Shown here in pieces: positions 60,827 through 64,000 of a DNA stretch of 64,000 bases (within the stretch, counting starts at the first letter, position 1; the number at the start of each line of letters is the position of its first letter). Origin of the DNA: a virus (lineage: Duplodnaviria; Heunggongvirae; Uroviricota; Caudoviricetes); IMG/VR virus record IMGVR_UViG_2974569193_000001, positions 44,702 through 108,701 of that record; one strand, written 5' to 3'. Both the position numbers and the translations under genes were made by a program. The notes below the pieces were generated by a model. That model saw only the letters and a list, made by a program, of their open reading frames with translations. It did no database searches and had not been told where the DNA came from.

Positions 60827-60906
60827 GCGGGGCACATTACTCAAACCGAGCACTCTGTCTACCGCCTACCCCTGATAGTAGAAATGTCGATTTTACAACA
60901 CAGGCG

Positions 60907-61302
60907 CTAAAGCCGCCCGCCGTAGTAATCGCGCCACATCCCTTCCCAGTATGTGATATGTTCCTCGGTGCAGGGCGGGCAGTACCGGCGGTCACGGTTG
61001 GGGTCCTCGCCCTTGCCGTCCCAGTGGTAGCAGGTCATCGAGCCCACCATGTCCAGGCGCCAGAACGTGCCGCAATGCTCGCACCCGCCCAGGGCGATGT
61101 TCTGCATCAGCCGGTGGCCGTTCCACCACGCCAGGGGCCGGCGCCAGAGTTCATAGACCAGCGCCGAGCGGATGCTCGGGTACTGGTGGAGCCCGACCTG
61201 GACGACCTTGCGCTGCCCGTTAGGCGCGACCAAGCCCCCGGCCCAGCGGTAGGCCGGTTCGTGGTAGACCTTGATCTTCGGGAGCCAGCGGCGCTTCTTC
61301 AC
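60907..61302 (-). CDS. hypothetical protein with CxxC..CxxC
   Basis: GTG overlaps the helicase TGA; MKKRRWLPK..CEHC..CPPC. Confidence 0.65.
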   Translation of the reverse strand: MKKRRWLPKIKVYHEPAYRWAGGLVAPNGQRKVVQVGLHQYPSIRSALVYELWRRPLAWWNGHRLMQNIALGGCEHCGTFWRLDMVGSMTCYHWDGKGEDPNRDRRYCPPCTEEHITYWEGMWRDYYGGRL

Positions 61303-63245
61303 GTGTCCATGACCTTCGCGATATTGTCCTCCTTCTCCTTGGCGGCCTGGGCGATGCGCGCGTCGAGCGAGCCGTTGGCCACCAGGAAGAAGCACATGAT
61401 TTTCTCGGCCGTCTGCCCGATCCGGCAGGCGCGGTCCTCGGCCTGCTCGATCAGGGTCGGCGTCCAGTCCCCCTCGGCGAACGCCACGTCGTGCGCCCGC
61501 GTCATGGTGAAGCCTACACCGGCGGCCTGGAGGTTGCAAACGATGACCCGGCAGGTCTCGTCCTCCTGGAACTTGTCGACCTGAAGCTGGCGCTTGTTGA
61601 CGGGGGTCCCGCCGTAAATCATGGCGGGGTTGTAGTCGGCCAGGGCCTCGGCGAGCGCCTTGACAACGTCGGAGTGGTAGGCGAACAGGATCAGCTTGTC
61701 GCCGCCGTCCAGGAAGTTCTTGACCCACGGGATGATCGCCGGGAGCTTGGCCATCCCCAGTTCGCGGCGGACGGCGGCGATCTCCTCGAACAGCACCGCC
61801 ACGGCCGGCGGCGCGAGGCCCAGCACGGCGGCGGCATAGTCGAGGTTCAGCGCCCGCGAGTTGGGCTTGTCGGGATCGCCGTCCACGCCCACGGCCTTGT
61901 CGAAGCCGTAGGCCTCGGCCGTCTCCAGGATCGACAGACCCAGGCGGATGTCGCGCTGGTCCTCGGTCTCGTCGTCGCCGGCCAGGACCGAGGACTCGTA
62001 GAGCTTGAGCGCCTGGGAAAGCTCGTCTTCGCGGGCCACCACCTCGCGGATTTCCGGGCTGTCGAGGAGCACGACTTGCCGGAACTTCGGGGGAAGTTCG
62101 GGCAGCACCTCGCGCTTGTTGCGCCGGACCATGAAGGTCGATCGCAGGCGATAGCCTAGCTCCTCCAGGTTCGAGGCGCCGGTGAAGTTGTAGGCCCCGT
62201 TCTTGCCGCGCGTGTTGTCGAACCAGCCCTCGCAGTAGCGATAGCCGTAGTCGTTGTAGCTCTTACCCAGGCCGTCGGGGTCGAAGGCCTTGACGATCGA
62301 CCACATCTCGATCGGGCGGTTCATCATCGGCGTGCCCGACAGGAAGACCCGCCGCTTGGCGTCGACCGGGTTGAACCAGATGTCGGCCAGCACCGGCTCG
62401 CGGTTCTCGGCCTCGGCCTTCTTGATCTCGGCGGCGTTGGCCTCCTTGCGCTTCTTGCGCACGGCCGCCTTGGAGCGGGCGTCCATCTGCTCGCCGCCCA
62501 GGATGAAGATCGTTCGACCACTGTCGGGGGTCTTGATCGCGTGGCACTCGTCGCAGACCAGCAGGTCCCACGGCTGCTCGTGGATTTCCTTGGAGAAGCG
62601 CTCCAGGATGTCGTAGTTGATGATCACCACGTCGGTCTTGGGCCACCAGCGCGGGTGGACGACCTTCTTGAAGCGCGGCTTGCCGTTCTTGTAGAAGCCG
62701 TCGCGCACGGTTTCGCGGTAGCGGGTCTCGGCGATCCCCACCGTCAGGCCCTTGCTGCACCAGAGCTTCCACTCGCGACGCCAGTTCTCCTTCAGCGACG
62801 CCGGCACCACCACCAGCACGCGGCGGATTTTCTTCATCGCGTTGGAGACGCCGACCGCCTGGATCGTCTTGCCCAGGCCGGGCGGATCGGCAATGAGCGT
62901 GTCGCGCCGGCCCGGCAGGGTGGCGAAGTCGATCCCCGCACGCTGGAACGGCTTGAAGTCCCAGCCCTTGGCCTCGACCGCCTTGGAGATCGGCGGCCAG
63001 AAGTCGCAGTCGGCCTTGTAGGAAAGCTCGCGGCTGATGTTGGCCAGATGCTCGCGCCGGCTCAGTTCGTCGAGCGCGTTGGCCTTCCAGACCACGCCCG
63101 CCACCTTGAGGGCCACGGCGGGATTGTGGGTGATCAGCGCCTTGCGCGGCGGGCTCCAGCTAAAGCCGGCCTCCTGGAACCGCTTGCGGTCTTCCCATTC
63201 GGTGACGGCCCAGAAATAGCCGTCTCGGTAGTCGATAAATGCCAT
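61299..63245 (-). CDS. SNF2-family helicase
   Basis: DPPGLGKT, CDECHAIK, LSGTPMMN, VRRNK, GVGFTM, QAEDRACRIGQ. Confidence 0.92.
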   Translation of the reverse strand: MAFIDYRDGYFWAVTEWEDRKRFQEAGFSWSPPRKALITHNPAVALKVAGVVWKANALDELSRREHLANISRELSYKADCDFWPPISKAVEAKGWDFKPFQRAGIDFATLPGRRDTLIADPPGLGKTIQAVGVSNAMKKIRRVLVVVPASLKENWRREWKLWCSKGLTVGIAETRYRETVRDGFYKNGKPRFKKVVHPRWWPKTDVVIINYDILERFSKEIHEQPWDLLVCDECHAIKTPDSGRTIFILGGEQMDARSKAAVRKKRKEANAAEIKKAEAENREPVLADIWFNPVDAKRRVFLSGTPMMNRPIEMWSIVKAFDPDGLGKSYNDYGYRYCEGWFDNTRGKNGAYNFTGASNLEELGYRLRSTFMVRRNKREVLPELPPKFRQVVLLDSPEIREVVAREDELSQALKLYESSVLAGDDETEDQRDIRLGLSILETAEAYGFDKAVGVDGDPDKPNSRALNLDYAAAVLGLAPPAVAVLFEEIAAVRRELGMAKLPAIIPWVKNFLDGGDKLILFAYHSDVVKALAEALADYNPAMIYGGTPVNKRQLQVDKFQEDETCRVIVCNLQAAGVGFTMTRAHDVAFAEGDWTPTLIEQAEDRACRIGQTAEKIMCFFLVANGSLDARIAQAAKEKEDNIAKVMDT

Positions 63246-63296
63246 GGGACCGCACGTGGTTAACGCGCGGCAATGTCGCCCATCACGACGTCACGT

Positions 63297-63332
63297 GTCA
63301 AGATTCACGACTTGACCAGCGGCGTTAACCAT
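63297..63332. promoter_or_regulatory. minus-strand GTCGTGAATCTTGAC element (63297-311) plus TTAACCAT box (63325-32), in a divergent gap
   Basis: Exact motifs, between the helicase (-) and ORF 63384 (+). Confidence 0.65.
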
Positions 63333-63383
63333 GGCACGGTCGGGGTACGGCTGAGAGATCGGCCGGTCACAAGGAGAACTACC

Positions 63384-63683
63384 ATGACCCTGATCGTCAA
63401 GATCATGTCGGATGAGAACCTGCCCGACACCGACCCCTCCAAGCGCTTCTCGCTTTATGCCGGGGTGAAGTCCTTCCATCCGATCGTCCAGGAGCCTGAG
63501 GTGGCGGGTGGCAAGCCCTACTGCTACCTGCGGCTCTACATCGCCGATCCCGTCAAGACCGCTGCCGTGCCCGGCTTTGTCGAGCATGAGACCTGCGTCG
63601 ACGTGGACGGCAACGTCTACGTGATGAACGAGGCCGGCAAGACCATCGCCACCTGGACCCCGCCCTGCGGCGCGCCCAACTAG
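63384..63683 (+). CDS. hypothetical protein
   Basis: AAGGAG SD before ATG 63384; 99 aa. Confidence 0.75.
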   Translation: MTLIVKIMSDENLPDTDPSKRFSLYAGVKSFHPIVQEPEVAGGKPYCYLRLYIADPVKTAAVPGFVEHETCVDVDGNVYVMNEAGKTIATWTPPCGAPN

Positions 63684-63949
63684 GTCTTCTGCGCTTCCAG
63701 ACCCGGATCGTCTTTCCAGGCGGCCGGGTCTTTCTGCCAGCCCATCCGCTCCATGACCGCGTGGCAGTCGAGCGGCGCGCTGCCGTCCTTGGGCTCCTCG
63801 CCCAGGCAGAGGAAGACGAACCGCTTGCCCTTGCTGGCCTTGTAGCGGATGCGCAGATCGCCGTCTTCGGAGACGATCTCGCAGGCGGTCATGTTGACGA
63901 CTTCACCGGGCCTCATTGGCGGCGCCTTCCGGAAGAGGGAGGGGATCAA
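63680..63949 (-). CDS. hypothetical protein
   Basis: 89 aa listed ORF, convergent with ORF 63384. Confidence 0.6.
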   Translation of the reverse strand: MIPSLFRKAPPMRPGEVVNMTACEIVSEDGDLRIRYKASKGKRFVFLCLGEEPKDGSAPLDCHAVMERMGWQKDPAAWKDDPGLEAQKT

Positions 63950-64000
63950 GGCTCAGGGCCATGCGGGCGAGATTGCGCCAGGGGCGCTTGGAACGGATGC

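Noticed and set aside
1-64000. CRISPR array, rRNA, integrase or IS element
   Set aside because: No regularly spaced repeats, rRNA signatures or recombinase/transposase motifs. The Cas4-like nuclease has no cas neighbours.

Overview
A 64-kb, high-GC segment of a large lytic siphophage genome. Gene content, gene order and host signals point to a Caulobacter phiCbK-like phage (Dolichocephalovirinae-like); this is an inference, not a database match. + strand, 1-34.7 kb: three paralogous virion-type genes; a 31-tRNA array with interspersed ORF-less RNAs; phoH; head-tail joining genes; major tail; a G/GT chaperone with -1 frameshift; tape measure; tail tip and fibres; lysis cassette. - strand, 35-55.5 kb: XRE regulator, dUTPase, NrdB-glutaredoxin fusion, intein-containing NrdA, ThyX-like enzyme, dNMP kinase, RecD/Dda-like helicase, PD-(D/E)XK nuclease, DEDDh exonuclease, family A DNA polymerase, two DNA methyltransferases and a T5 A1-like protein. 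55.5-57.6 kb is a second RNA island with 3 more tRNAs, a circularly permuted two-piece tmRNA and several structured ncRNA candidates. It is followed by a cadherin-repeat protein and a SNF2 helicase. Main finding: two tRNA sub-operons are each preceded by promoter -> short leader ORF -> alternative hairpins -> intrinsic terminator. The leader peptides are built almost only from the amino acids and codons decoded by the tRNAs directly downstream (leader 3898-4035: Ala/Leu/Ser/His/Thr/Lys/Pro; leader core 5812-5853: Tyr/Arg/Gln/Phe/Val/Ile/Asn). This looks like ribosome-coupled attenuation that switches on phage tRNA sets when the matching host tRNAs fail. All pairings were read by eye, no folding or homology searches were run, and novelty is unverified.
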